Below, one piece after another: positions 9,645-19,951 of a stretch of DNA of 64,000 bases; the stretch's first letter is position 1; each line of letters opens with the position of its first letter. The notes beneath the pieces are model-generated. The model was not told the DNA's origin. It was given only the letters and a program-made list of their open reading frames with translations, and searched no databases. The translations under genes were made by a program, and so were the position numbers. The stretch lies in assembly GCA_963663225.1 (NCBI GenBank), contig OY760142.1, positions 32,001-96,000 of the forward strand, written 5' to 3'. Source of the DNA: Nitrospirota bacterium (GTDB lineage: Bacteria > Nitrospirota > UBA9217).

Positions 9645-10763
9645 ATGAACGAATCAATCCTTATTGTTGACGACGAAGATGATTTGAGAGAATTACTCCG
9701 GTACAATCTGGAAAAAGAAAACTACAAAACAGCTGCAGCTCGAAACGGCAAAGAAGCAATTGACAGCATGCAGCACCATATACCTGATTTGATACTTCTC
9801 GACGTCATGATGCCGGGTCTGGATGGCTGGGAAGTATGCCGTATCGTGAAAAAAAATACAGCGTGGAAATACATTCCGATTATCATGCTGACGGCGCTCA
9901 CGGATGAAAAAGACCGCATAACGGGACTTACACTCGGCGCAGATGATTATATGTCAAAACCCTTCTCGCTCTCGGAATTGCTGCTCAAGGTACGAAAAAA
10001 TCTTGAGCATCGTAGCATTCTGAAAGAACTCCAAACGAGCGAACGCGAAAAAGAAACTTCGTTGCGGTATTTCATTCACGAGATGGGAAATTCATTGACT
10101 ACTATCAGCGGTTTTTCTTCACTTGCGATAAAAAAAAATGGCGAGCAACGACATTTAAAAATGATCAACACTATCGCCATGCACGCGGAAAGTCTTTTAC
10201 GGGATGCATCGCTCCTCAGTCAACTTGAAAAAGACCATAATTCCTTGCCGCTGGAATCCATAAATATCACCGCGATAGCCGAAGAGGTTATCGATTTCTT
10301 TGATGAACAGGCAAAAAGAAAAAATATCGAAATACTGGCAATGCAAAAAAGTCATCCAATAATGATCAAGGCAAATAAAACCGCCGTCCGGCAGGTTTTG
10401 GTGAACATTCTCTCCAATGCAATCAAATATAGCAAGAAAAGCGGGAACGTATGGGTTAATTTCGAAACAACCGGTAACTGCACAAATATCACGATCAAAG
10501 ATGACGGTTGTGGAATATCACGAGATGAAATACCCAGAATATTCGATAAATTCTATCGCGCCGCTGGAAGCGAATCTGTCAAAGGAGCAGGACTCGGTCT
10601 CTATATTGTGAAACTTCTCACGGAATCCATGCGCGGCAAAATAACGGTATCGAGTATGCCGGGATCGGGAAGTACTTTCATTTTAACGTTTCCTCTGGAA
10701 AATGACCCCGTACAGTACAAAAGAAGAGGGCCTGAATTCACGGTCCAAGAATGTCGACTATAA
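9645..10763 (+). CDS. hybrid response regulator-histidine kinase (PhoB/OmpR-like REC + HisKA + HATPase)
   Basis: ILIVDDE..LRYNL..LLDVMMP..GADDYMSKPF receiver; HEMGNSL H box; NAIKY, DDGCG, GAGLGL; GGGAG RBS before ATG 9645. Confidence 0.88.
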   Translation: MNESILIVDDEDDLRELLRYNLEKENYKTAAARNGKEAIDSMQHHIPDLILLDVMMPGLDGWEVCRIVKKNTAWKYIPIIMLTALTDEKDRITGLTLGADDYMSKPFSLSELLLKVRKNLEHRSILKELQTSEREKETSLRYFIHEMGNSLTTISGFSSLAIKKNGEQRHLKMINTIAMHAESLLRDASLLSQLEKDHNSLPLESINITAIAEEVIDFFDEQAKRKNIEILAMQKSHPIMIKANKTAVRQVLVNILSNAIKYSKKSGNVWVNFETTGNCTNITIKDDGCGISRDEIPRIFDKFYRAAGSESVKGAGLGLYIVKLLTESMRGKITVSSMPGSGSTFILTFPLENDPVQYKRRGPEFTVQECRL

Positions 10764-10865
10764 ACAATCCAAGATAAGTCTTAATACAATGTACAAGACA
10801 ATCGCATCGATAAATAAAGTCCTCGTACCTGAAACAATCCAGATTCAGCAAACCATGGAGGACCC

Positions 10866-12071
10866 GTGCCGCCAGAATTTGTAATAGACAACATACTTCC
10901 CGTTGGAAAACTGATCGTTTCAGATGATCATGTTCCTCCGCACGACAGTGTAACAAACATCGCGGAAAAATTTTTCAGCACGACCGACCTGGAAGCAATA
11001 GCAATTGTTAATGAAAACAGGCCGGTAGGACTCATCACACGGACCAAACTGCTGTTTACTCTTTTTCGAAGATTCGGTTTTGAACTCTACGGCAAACACT
11101 CAATCATTACGCTCGCAGAAAGAAACCCTCTTATTGTGCCTGAAAACATGGCGCTCAATGAAGTCATTGATATGGCCCTCGAACGGCCCACTCAAGACAT
11201 CTACGATGAAATTATTGTTACGCATGATAACGGAATCTTTCGTGGTCTTTTATCCGTAAAGCAGCTTGTAATACAACAGAGCAACGCACTTGCAAGCAGT
11301 ATTTTGCAAAAAGAAATTGCGAGTGCGCGCGCGCAAGAGCTTGAAAAAATGAGCCAGATAAAGTCGCAATTTCTCGCCAACGTTACTCATGAACTCCGGT
11401 CACCTGTAAATGCCATTCTTGGGCTGGCAGAATTGCTCCGTATGGCGGCTGAAAAAAACTCCATCGAACAAATTAAGGAGCGACTCTCGTTTATGATTAC
11501 CAGTGCAACAAATCTCAGAACAATTATCACCAATATTCTCGATTTGTCGAAGATTGAAGCGGGCAAAATGACCGTTCTGTATCAACCGGTCGATGTTTCA
11601 GCTCTCATAGAGGAAATCGCTCAGACAACGCGTATTCTTATCGGCAACAAACCGGTGAATGTTATTACTACTTCCTCTCCCGGATTTATCACCATTGTTA
11701 CGGATTCTGTCAAACTACGGCAGATTCTTACGAACCTTATAAGTAACGCAGCCAAGTTCACTGAAGCCGGCACTATTACCATAAGGGTAATCATGCAAGG
11801 CGACACTCTGGAAATTTCGATAACCGACACGGGCATCGGCATTAAAGAAGAACATCTTATAAACCTTTTTACCGCTTTCACACAGGTGGAAGACGCAAAA
11901 ACGAAGCAATATGAAGGAACCGGACTAGGATTAACAATCAGCAAAAACCTTGTCGGACTAATCGGCGGATCTATTGCCGTATCCAGCACATTTGGCACGG
12001 GAACTATTTTTACAGTAACACTTCCATTTCAAAACGACAAGAAGCAGGAAGATATCCACTATGAACTATAA
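10866..12071 (+). CDS. cytoplasmic histidine kinase with N-terminal CBS-pair-like domain
   Basis: PVGLITR and FRGLLSV CBS-like repeats; HELRSP, NAAKFT, DTGIGI, GTGLGL; GTG start with GGAGG RBS. Confidence 0.85.
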   Translation: MPPEFVIDNILPVGKLIVSDDHVPPHDSVTNIAEKFFSTTDLEAIAIVNENRPVGLITRTKLLFTLFRRFGFELYGKHSIITLAERNPLIVPENMALNEVIDMALERPTQDIYDEIIVTHDNGIFRGLLSVKQLVIQQSNALASSILQKEIASARAQELEKMSQIKSQFLANVTHELRSPVNAILGLAELLRMAAEKNSIEQIKERLSFMITSATNLRTIITNILDLSKIEAGKMTVLYQPVDVSALIEEIAQTTRILIGNKPVNVITTSSPGFITIVTDSVKLRQILTNLISNAAKFTEAGTITIRVIMQGDTLEISITDTGIGIKEEHLINLFTAFTQVEDAKTKQYEGTGLGLTISKNLVGLIGGSIAVSSTFGTGTIFTVTLPFQNDKKQEDIHYEL

Positions 12072-12423
12072 CAAGAAAAAAATACTGGTAATTGATGATG
12101 ACGAACTACATCTTTATACAACCAGTGAATTGCTCCAGGACGAACAATGGCTGGTGTTTACCCACAAAAGCAACCATGGAATAGGAGTAACGACCCTGGT
12201 AAAAGAGCTGCAACCGGATCTCATACTGCTTGATGTCAACATGCCGGGACTTTCGGGCGACCAGCTGGCAAAACTTCTTCGCTGGCGTGCATCGTTCATA
12301 TTCTATTCTTCGAACGATGAAGACAGTCTTCGTGATTATGCCGTGCGATATGGAGCGAAAGGCTATATCTGCAAGGGATGCATAGGAGAACTGAAAAAGA
12401 AAGTTAAAAGTATTCTCCAGTAG
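12061..12423 (+). CDS. single-domain response regulator
   Basis: ILVIDDD, ILLDVNMP, GYICK. Confidence 0.85.
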   Translation: MNYNKKKILVIDDDELHLYTTSELLQDEQWLVFTHKSNHGIGVTTLVKELQPDLILLDVNMPGLSGDQLAKLLRWRASFIFYSSNDEDSLRDYAVRYGAKGYICKGCIGELKKKVKSILQ

Positions 12424-12495
12424 CCGCGCCGAAACTTGCACAACCATATACCTTTCTACGATTATTGATGGACAGGATGTGGAGGTAAACGGGCC

Positions 12496-12903
12496 ATGAA
12501 TGCTGATTGGGATGCAAGGAACGGTCATCAAGCTAAAAAAAAGATATTTGTAGTTGATGATGATGAAGTGCATCTCGATATCGTCAAAGAGCTGGTAGAG
12601 GACGAAACTATTGAGGTAGTCACCCATCATAATGGATTCGGTGCGGTCAATCGTATATTGGATATACAACCGGATCTGGTACTGCTCGATATAAATATGC
12701 CGGGAATATCGGGCGATAAACTTGCAGCACTGCTGCGTTCCAATCGTGAAACAAATCGAGTTCCCATCGTATTTTATTCTTCCAATGATGAATGCAGTTT
12801 GAGGGAAATTGTTTCAGTCTGCAATGTCCAAGGATATATTTGTAAGGGTGATATCGTCAACCTCCGGCAGCACATTAATCAATATCTCAAAAGCGCTTTC
12901 TGA
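12496..12903 (+). CDS. single-domain response regulator
   Basis: VVDDD, VLLDINMP, GYICK; paralogue of upstream gene (shared FYSSNDE). Confidence 0.85.
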   Translation: MNADWDARNGHQAKKKIFVVDDDEVHLDIVKELVEDETIEVVTHHNGFGAVNRILDIQPDLVLLDINMPGISGDKLAALLRSNRETNRVPIVFYSSNDECSLREIVSVCNVQGYICKGDIVNLRQHINQYLKSAF

Positions 12904-12982
12904 GTTCTTAAAACAAAAGCAATGCCTGACCGGTGTCGGTGCTGTGATACAATTATTCTTATCAAACTTCATTTTTATAAAA

Positions 12983-13027
12983 TTGTAATGGAACTGTAAC
13001 ATAATTGTAATAATTCAATTGTATGTT
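12983..13027 (+). promoter_or_regulatory. Pho box promoter of pstS
   Basis: TTGTAAT, CTGTAAC, TTGTAAT at 12983/12994/13005, 10 bp, then TATGTT; resembles E. coli CTGTCAT-N4 repeat geometry. Confidence 0.85.
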
Positions 13028-13061
13028 TATGTCAGCTATTTAACAATAAGGAGGAGTACTG

Positions 13062-14084
13062 ATGAAAAAAATTGCAATATTGACCTTAAGTGCAGTGATG
13101 TTGGTGACGTTTATGTTGATGACGGCCATAGTACATGCGGAAGAAACATTAAATGGCGCCGGGGCTTCATTTCCTGCGCCTTTATACTCAGCATGGGCGC
13201 ATGAATACAACAAAATAACAGGTACCAAGCTTAACTATCAGTCCGTCGGGTCCGGTGCAGGACAGCGCCAGATTGTCGAACGGACCGTGGACTTCGGCGC
13301 TTCAGACGATCCGCTGGAGTCAACAAAGCTGAAGAAAGACAATCTGATTCAATTCCCAACCGTTATCGGCGGCATCACCCCGGTCATTAACATCAAAGGC
13401 ATCAAGTCGGGCCAGCTAAAACTCGATTCAGCTGTATTGGCCAAAATTTTTCTCGGTGAAATCAAAAAATGGGACGATGCGCAGATCAAGAAGCTTAATC
13501 CCGGCCTGACACTGCCGTCAGCTGACATCACCGTTGTTCACCGCTCTGACGGATCAGGCACAACGGCAATCTATACACACTATCTTGCTGATTCTTCGGC
13601 AGAATGGAAAAGCAAAGTTGGAGAAGGAAAATCCGTGTCATGGCCCGTTGGCATCGGCGGCAAGGGCAATGAAGGCGTCGCCAATTATGTAAAACAGACA
13701 AACAATTCCATCGGCTATGTTGAATTTGCCTATGCAAAGCAAAACAATCTCGTGTATGTGATGCTCAAGAATTCCGCCGGCAAGTTTGTTGAACCGACCT
13801 TCGAGTCCTTTGAAGATGCGGCTGCCTCAGGAAATTTTGATCCCGCCAAGGATTTCTATGTCTGGCTTACCAATTCTCCGGGCAAAAAATCGTGGCCCAT
13901 TGCAGGCGCGACCTTTATTCTGATGGCAAAAGACAAAAAAGACGCAAATGTTAAAACCGCAAAATTTTTCGACTGGGCTTATGCAAACGGCAATCCGACA
14001 GCTAAAAAACTGATTTACATCCCGCTGCCGAAACCGTTGCAGGAGAAGGTCAAAGCCTATTGGAAGGCAAACGGAATTCAGTAA
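13062..14084 (+). CDS. pstS: phosphate ABC transporter substrate-binding protein
   Basis: Signal peptide; GAGASFP, YQSVGSGAG, DFGASD, HRSDGSGTT. Confidence 0.97.
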   Translation: MKKIAILTLSAVMLVTFMLMTAIVHAEETLNGAGASFPAPLYSAWAHEYNKITGTKLNYQSVGSGAGQRQIVERTVDFGASDDPLESTKLKKDNLIQFPTVIGGITPVINIKGIKSGQLKLDSAVLAKIFLGEIKKWDDAQIKKLNPGLTLPSADITVVHRSDGSGTTAIYTHYLADSSAEWKSKVGEGKSVSWPVGIGGKGNEGVANYVKQTNNSIGYVEFAYAKQNNLVYVMLKNSAGKFVEPTFESFEDAAASGNFDPAKDFYVWLTNSPGKKSWPIAGATFILMAKDKKDANVKTAKFFDWAYANGNPTAKKLIYIPLPKPLQEKVKAYWKANGIQ

Positions 14085-14121
14085 ACCCGGCAGCTAAATT
14101 ACTACTCTGTTTGACTCTCTT

Positions 14122-14160
14122 GGGTCAGATAGCTATAATTTACTATCTGACCCTTTTTTT
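14122..14160 (+). terminator. intrinsic terminator / stabilising hairpin after pstS
   Basis: GGGTCAGATAG...CTATCTGACCC 11-bp stem followed by T7. Confidence 0.85.
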
Positions 14161-14214
14161 ACTTATCAGGTAAATCCTTAAGTCGCAGACTTTTTTTTAC
14201 AGGAGTCAGGTTCG

Positions 14215-15156
14215 TTGGCAATTATACCTAAAAAAAATCCCTGGGATTTTGCTTTTTCAGTCCTTACTGCCATTGCATCGCTTTCGGTAATTCTGATCAT
14301 ACTCGGCATCTTCTGGATATTGATTCATGAATCCTCCCCGGCAATCAACAAATTCGGCATTCTTAATTTTCTGACATCCACCGACTGGAATCCCGTCAGG
14401 GAAAGTTTCGGTGCAGCCACGAATATTTACGGCACCTTCATCACGACGGGACTTTCTCTCCTCATTGCGGTCCCCACCGCGATCGGCATTGCCATATTCG
14501 TGACGGAAATTGCTCCGAATGTCCTAAAAAGCCCCATCGGCATCGCGATCGAACTGCTTGCGGCCATCCCGAGCATTATCTATGGCATGTGGGGCCTTTT
14601 CACGCTGGCGCCGATAATGAGCAAATACATAGAGCCCGCCCTACAAAACACTATCGGTCAGCTTCCCGTGTTTGAAATTCTTTTCCGCGGCACTCCGCTC
14701 GGCATCGATATTCTGACCGCAAGCGTCATCTTGAGCATCATGATCATACCATTCACCGCCAGCATTGCCAGAGATTCATTCAACCTCACGCCGTCGGTGG
14801 TAAAGGAATCTGCTTACGCTGTCGGCGCGACACAGTGGGAAGTGGTAAAGAATATCGTACTCCCCTACTCCAAATTAGGCGTGTTCGGCGGGGTGGTGCT
14901 CTCTCTCGGCAGAGCGCTTGGTGAAACCATGGCCGTGGCTTTTGTTCTCGGCAACAATCATAAAATCGCCACATCATTTTTCGATGCGGCCGCGACCATT
15001 ACCGTAACTCTGGCAAACGAATTTACCGAGGCTGACAATGATGTGTACCTGTCTGCCCTTTTTTATCTTGCACTCGTGCTGTTCTTAATGAGCTTTATCA
15101 CCCTTGCGATTGCGAAATTATTCCTGATCAAAGCGGAAAAAAAATATTCACGATAA
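14215..15156 (+). CDS. pstC: phosphate ABC transporter permease
   Basis: IELLAAIPSIIYGMWG, GRALGETMAV. Confidence 0.95.
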   Translation: MAIIPKKNPWDFAFSVLTAIASLSVILIILGIFWILIHESSPAINKFGILNFLTSTDWNPVRESFGAATNIYGTFITTGLSLLIAVPTAIGIAIFVTEIAPNVLKSPIGIAIELLAAIPSIIYGMWGLFTLAPIMSKYIEPALQNTIGQLPVFEILFRGTPLGIDILTASVILSIMIIPFTASIARDSFNLTPSVVKESAYAVGATQWEVVKNIVLPYSKLGVFGGVVLSLGRALGETMAVAFVLGNNHKIATSFFDAAATITVTLANEFTEADNDVYLSALFYLALVLFLMSFITLAIAKLFLIKAEKKYSR

Positions 15157-15201
15157 AACAGGTATGCCATACTGGACTCAGCTTTCATTTTCTCAGATGA
15201 T

Positions 15202-16041
15202 ATGAATATTGAAAAAAAACGTAAACTAGAAGGTTTCATTGCCCTCACGCTCAGTTCACTGGCGGCCGTAACCGGTTTGTTCTGGCTTATATTCATTCTC
15301 GGTGATGTCATTATTAACGGCATCGGCTCGCTTAATCTCAGCCTCTTTCTTCACGACCCCGTTCCTCCGGGAGACACGGGCGGGGGGCTCAGACATGCAT
15401 TTATCGGGCAGTTGATGATCACGATTTTTGCAACACTCATCGGGGTTCCGCTCGGCGTTCTGGGAGGAACCTTCCTCGCAGAATATGCCAAAAGGACCCG
15501 CTATGCGCGCGTTATCAGCGTACTGGCGGATATCATCGTCAGCGTTCCTTCCATCGTAGTAGGCACCTTCATCTATGCTTTGCTCGTGAGGCCTCTGGGA
15601 CATTTCAGCGGTTGGGCCGGCGCCGTTGCCCTTGCCGTTATCATGATTCCGGTGATCCTCAGAACTACGGAAGATATGCTGTCCATGGTGCCCTGGACTT
15701 TGCGGGAGGCCGCGTTCGCCCTGGGTGCCCCTTACTATAAGGTGATCATCCAGGTTGTTTATCGCGGGGCGGCAACAGGAATTCTGACCGGTATCCTGCT
15801 TTCCATAGCCCGGGTCGCCGGAGAAACAGCGCCCCTGCTCTTTACTTCATTCAACAACAATTTCTTTTCCCTGGACATGAATCGTCCGATAGCATCACTG
15901 ACGGTCACCATCTTTCAGTTTGCCATGGGGCCATACGACGACTGGCACAAACAGGCCTGGGCGGCATCCTTCGTCATAACGCTCTTTATTCTCATTGTGA
16001 CGCTCCTCGGCAGGCTTCTTCTTAAGTGGAGGTATAAATAG
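15202..16041 (+). CDS. pstA: phosphate ABC transporter permease
   Basis: [29 protein letters not shown]. Confidence 0.95.
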   Translation: MNIEKKRKLEGFIALTLSSLAAVTGLFWLIFILGDVIINGIGSLNLSLFLHDPVPPGDTGGGLRHAFIGQLMITIFATLIGVPLGVLGGTFLAEYAKRTRYARVISVLADIIVSVPSIVVGTFIYALLVRPLGHFSGWAGAVALAVIMIPVILRTTEDMLSMVPWTLREAAFALGAPYYKVIIQVVYRGAATGILTGILLSIARVAGETAPLLFTSFNNNFFSLDMNRPIASLTVTIFQFAMGPYDDWHKQAWAASFVITLFILIVTLLGRLLLKWRYK

Positions 16042-16805
16042 TGAACTCGACAACAGAAATCGAGGTCAAAAAACTGGATTTTTTCTACAGCGCCGATGTT
16101 CGTGCGCTTCAAAATATCTCGCTGCCGATTTATAAAAACAATGTCACCGCACTAATCGGTCCGTCGGGATGTGGAAAAACAACGCTCCTCCGCTGTTTCA
16201 ACCGGATGCATGACCTCTATCCCAATCACCGGTATGAAGGAGAAATACTGTTCCAGGGGTCCAACATCCTGTCAGGCGACGTTGATCTGATCAGTCTCAG
16301 AAGCAGGATCGGCATGGTTTTCCAGAAACCCACGCCGTTCCCCATGTCCATTGCCGACAATATCGCGTACGGCCTGAAACTGAAGGGCATCAAAAACAAA
16401 GGGGAGTTGACCGGGCGGATCGAACAGGCGCTTAAAAACGCCGTCCTCTGGAATGAAGTGCGGGACAAACTGAACGCGAGCGCCTATGAACTGTCGGGCG
16501 GACAGCAACAGAGGCTGGTGATCGCACGGGCCCTTGCCGTTGAACCGGAAGTACTGCTCTTCGATGAACCGACGTCGGCACTGGACCCCATTTCAACGGC
16601 AAAAATCGAGGAACTGGTCGTGACGCTCAAAAAAGATGTTTCGATCATTATTGTGACGCACAATATGCAGCAGGCAGCACGGGTATCGGACATGACAGGA
16701 TTTCTGTATATCGGTGAACTGATTGAATACGGGACTACCGAGAAAATATTCACCAACCCCGATAAAAAACAGACCGACGACTACATTACCGGAAGATTCG
16801 GATGA
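16041..16805 (+). CDS. pstB: phosphate ABC transporter ATPase
   Basis: [33 protein letters not shown]. Confidence 0.97.
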   Translation: MNSTTEIEVKKLDFFYSADVRALQNISLPIYKNNVTALIGPSGCGKTTLLRCFNRMHDLYPNHRYEGEILFQGSNILSGDVDLISLRSRIGMVFQKPTPFPMSIADNIAYGLKLKGIKNKGELTGRIEQALKNAVLWNEVRDKLNASAYELSGGQQQRLVIARALAVEPEVLLFDEPTSALDPISTAKIEELVVTLKKDVSIIIVTHNMQQAARVSDMTGFLYIGELIEYGTTEKIFTNPDKKQTDDYITGRFG

Positions 16806-16869
16806 TTTTTGATCAAATCGGAAACGCAGAGCATGCCGTTTGCTTTTGAAATGACTGAAGGAGAACTCT

Positions 16870-17562
16870 ATGTCCACACAAAAAGAGCAGGACCTTACCA
16901 AGCTCAAGGAAAAAATACTGAAGATGGGTGCAGCCGTTGAGGATGCAATCAAAAAATCCATCAAGGCGCTGGTGGACCGGGACCGGGACCTGGCACGCCG
17001 CGTAATAGACGGCGATTCCATCATTAATACGTATGATGTGGAGATCGAGGAGGAATGCATCCGATTTCTCGCTCTCTGGCAGCCAACCGGCAGCAATCTC
17101 CGCTTTGTGACCACCGCCATCAAGATCATCACGGATTTAGAACGCGTGGGAGACCTGGCCGTGGATATCTGCGAGCGGGTGATCGAGCTGTGCGATGAGC
17201 CTCCCCTCAAGCCGTACATCGACCTGCCGCGCATGGCTGAAGCCTCCCAAAAAATGCTCAAAGACAGCCTCGATGCTTTTCTGAAAAGGGACGCCGACCT
17301 CGCCATGCAGATATGCGCAGCGGACGATTTCGTCGACAACCTGAATCAGCAGATATTCAACGAGCTTCTGTTGTTCATGCTGAAAGATCCTCAAACCATA
17401 TCTCGGGCGGTACGCGTTACCGCCATCACAAAATACATGGAGCGCATAGCGGACCACTCAACAAATATTGCCGAAATGGTAGTCTATATGGTCAAAGGCA
17501 AGGTGATCCGGCACATGGCGTGCGAGGCCCCGCGTAAAGACAGCACACCTGATAAAAAATAG
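16870..17562 (+). CDS. phoU: phosphate signalling protein PhoU
   Basis: DLERVGD and MERIADH repeats; follows pstB. Confidence 0.95.
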   Translation: MSTQKEQDLTKLKEKILKMGAAVEDAIKKSIKALVDRDRDLARRVIDGDSIINTYDVEIEEECIRFLALWQPTGSNLRFVTTAIKIITDLERVGDLAVDICERVIELCDEPPLKPYIDLPRMAEASQKMLKDSLDAFLKRDADLAMQICAADDFVDNLNQQIFNELLLFMLKDPQTISRAVRVTAITKYMERIADHSTNIAEMVVYMVKGKVIRHMACEAPRKDSTPDKK

Positions 17563-17629
17563 CAGTATTTCCACCTGTTCATCCGCTCCTTTTTCATCCC
17601 GTGTTTTTCGAATAAACCAGTTAGGCTGC

Positions 17630-17661
17630 GATGGCCCCCTAGCCTCTGTTCAGGGGCCATC
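17630..17661 (+). terminator. GC-rich hairpin downstream of phoU
   Basis: GATGGCCCC...GGGGCCATC inverted repeat; no strong U-tract. Confidence 0.4.
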
Positions 17662-17700
17662 CTTCCACCTCTCATTCAATTCCTCAAAAAATTTAAATGT

Positions 17701-17729
17701 TTGACAAAGCATACAGCACAAGGTAAAAT
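17701..17729 (+). promoter_or_regulatory. sigma70 promoter of arn operon
   Basis: TTGACA-17bp-TAAAAT. Confidence 0.7.
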
Positions 17730-17839
17730 CTATGCTCTGATAATATGCGCTATCAGTACGGCCATTCCTTGGCACATTGAGGCACGGCCACTCTCAAATC
17801 GGAATCCTTGTAGGCACGATCCACGCCAAACTAAAAATC

Positions 17840-19546
17840 ATGATGGTAAGCACCAAATCAACAGGAGGTCGGCTTCCTTTGCGCGACCTTATTCTTTTGA
17901 CCATTTTTTCCACGCTGCTTTTTTCCTTCATGCTCGGCAACCGTCCGCTGTCCGTGCCGGATGAAGGACGGTATGTGGAAATCCCCCGGGAAATGGTTGT
18001 TTCCGGAGATTATCTCACCCCCCGCCTGAACCAGGTAAAATATTTTGAAAAACCGGTGTTGTTTTACTGGCTCGAAGCCTTTTCCATAAAGCTTTTTGGT
18101 CTTCACGAATTTACGCTTCGCCTCTGGCCTGCGATAATGGCCCTTCTCGGCTGTCTTGCCGTTGCCGTCGCAGGCGCGAGGCTTTTCGACCGCATGACCG
18201 GAATTCTTGCAGGCGCAATACTCGCCACAAGTATTTTATATTATGCACTGAGCCGGGCAATTATTCTGGATCTCACGGTTTCGACCCTGTTGACTGCCGC
18301 ACTTCTCTCTTTTCTCATCGGAACACACGAGCCAGTCGGAACAAGGCGGCGGCTCTACCTCTGGTGTTTTTGCGCCTTCTCTGCGCTTGCAGTCCTGACC
18401 AAGGGGCTGATCGGCATTCTGATCCCGGGCATGGTGATCGGGGCCTGGATCCTGCTCCTGGGTGAATGGCGCATATTGAAAACCATCTATCTGCCGACGG
18501 GTCTTGCCCTCTTTTTGCTTATTGCGGCGCCGTGGCACATCATGGTCGGCAGGGCTAATCCCGAATTTTTCAATTTTTATTTTATCCATGAGCATTTTGT
18601 CCGTTATCTGACCAAAGTGCACGGGCGATATCAGCCGTTCTGGTTTTTTGTCCCGATCCTTCTTCTGGGTTTGTTTCCCTGGAGCGCTTTTCTTATTCAA
18701 TCGATCAAGCACAGCATGCCTTCTTCCTGGAAAGAGCGGCATGAACACCGGGACGCTCTTTTTCTCCTGCTGTGGGCCGGTTTGGTCTTCATTTTTTTCT
18801 CCATTTCCGACTCAAAACTGATCCCTTATATTTTGCCGATTTTCCCCCCTCTTGCCATTCTGATCGGCCGCTATTATGCCGCGGCATGGGACCGCAGCGA
18901 TTTCCCCGGCATTCGGGCCGGCTATCATGCCCTTGTCATTGTCGCACTTCTGCTGGCCGCGGTGTTGATTTCCCTGCCCTATTTCCGGCCCATCGTCTCC
19001 GCTGATGCGGGAGACATCCGGATGCTGGGCTACTGGCGGATCACAATCGCAGTGACCGTTGTCAGCGGCATTGCAGCATCGTGGGCTCTGGCGAAGTACC
19101 GTGGTTTCCGGCACGCTTTTATTGTCCTGACCGTGACTGCTGCGCTCTTTCTGATGGAAGCAAACGCGGCGGCGCCGCTTGTAGACACAAAATCCGTAAA
19201 AGATATTGCAATCGTACTCAAGACCAAAATCAAACCAGGTGAGGAAGTGGCAAGCTATCATACCTATTATCAGGACCTGCCGGTATATCTGGAACAGCGC
19301 ATTACCGTCGTGGATTGGAAGGGCGAACTGGAATTCGGCACCGAGGTGGAAGACACCAGCCAGTGGATGATCGACACCGCAACCTTCTGGAAGCGCTGGG
19401 AGGGACCTGTAACCATGTACATGATAACAAAGATTGAACTCTATGATGCTCTGCGCGTCAATCCGCGGATTAAGCTCTTTCCTGTCGCCCGGAATGCCAG
19501 ACATATCATTGTGTCCAATAACGAGGTGAAAGGGGTCGGTCAATGA
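17840..19546 (+). CDS. arnT: 4-amino-4-deoxy-L-arabinose transferase (GT83/PMT family)
   Basis: PDEGRY, YFEKPVL, LTKGLIG, SKLIPYILP; context of arn genes. Confidence 0.9.
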   Translation: MMVSTKSTGGRLPLRDLILLTIFSTLLFSFMLGNRPLSVPDEGRYVEIPREMVVSGDYLTPRLNQVKYFEKPVLFYWLEAFSIKLFGLHEFTLRLWPAIMALLGCLAVAVAGARLFDRMTGILAGAILATSILYYALSRAIILDLTVSTLLTAALLSFLIGTHEPVGTRRRLYLWCFCAFSALAVLTKGLIGILIPGMVIGAWILLLGEWRILKTIYLPTGLALFLLIAAPWHIMVGRANPEFFNFYFIHEHFVRYLTKVHGRYQPFWFFVPILLLGLFPWSAFLIQSIKHSMPSSWKERHEHRDALFLLLWAGLVFIFFSISDSKLIPYILPIFPPLAILIGRYYAAAWDRSDFPGIRAGYHALVIVALLLAAVLISLPYFRPIVSADAGDIRMLGYWRITIAVTVVSGIAASWALAKYRGFRHAFIVLTVTAALFLMEANAAAPLVDTKSVKDIAIVLKTKIKPGEEVASYHTYYQDLPVYLEQRITVVDWKGELEFGTEVEDTSQWMIDTATFWKRWEGPVTMYMITKIELYDALRVNPRIKLFPVARNARHIIVSNNEVKGVGQ

Positions 19547-19908
19547 TATATCTTCCCTTAATTTTGCTCGGCGTGCTGCTGAATGCTGCGGCGCAGCTTT
19601 TTCTCAAGGAAGGAATGCGCAGAATCGGCTATTTCGAATTCACCTGGACCAATGCCATCCCCATCGGACTGCAGGCTGCCGGAAATATATTTGTGCTCGG
19701 TGGCCTGCTCTGCTATGTCATAAGCGTCGTGGTCTGGTTGATGGTTCTCTCCCGCGTAGAAGTAAGTTATGCCTATCCGTTACTGAGCGTTGGGTACATC
19801 GTAAATGCCGTCGCGGGATACTATCTCTTTCAGGAAAATCTTTCCCTGGTGCGCATCACGGGGATACTGATCATTTGCATCGGCGTGTACTTTGTTACAA
19901 AGAGCTGA
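19543..19908 (+). CDS. undecaprenyl-P-Ara4N flippase subunit (EamA/SMR, ArnE/F-like)
   Basis: 121-aa four-TM protein, LSRVEVSYAYP. Confidence 0.85.
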   Translation: MIYLPLILLGVLLNAAAQLFLKEGMRRIGYFEFTWTNAIPIGLQAAGNIFVLGGLLCYVISVVVWLMVLSRVEVSYAYPLLSVGYIVNAVAGYYLFQENLSLVRITGILIICIGVYFVTKS

Positions 19909-19951
19909 TCGTCGTAACAGTATCGATACCCATAAGGAATGAGGAACCTCT

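Noticed and set aside
9645-10763. Calling this gene phoB or phoR
   Set aside because: No winged-helix domain and no TM/PAS; it is a REC-kinase hybrid
16593-19543. Long antisense ORFs (16593-17339, 18812-19543 and similar elsewhere)
   Set aside because: Antisense shadows of well-supported genes; no motifs or RBS
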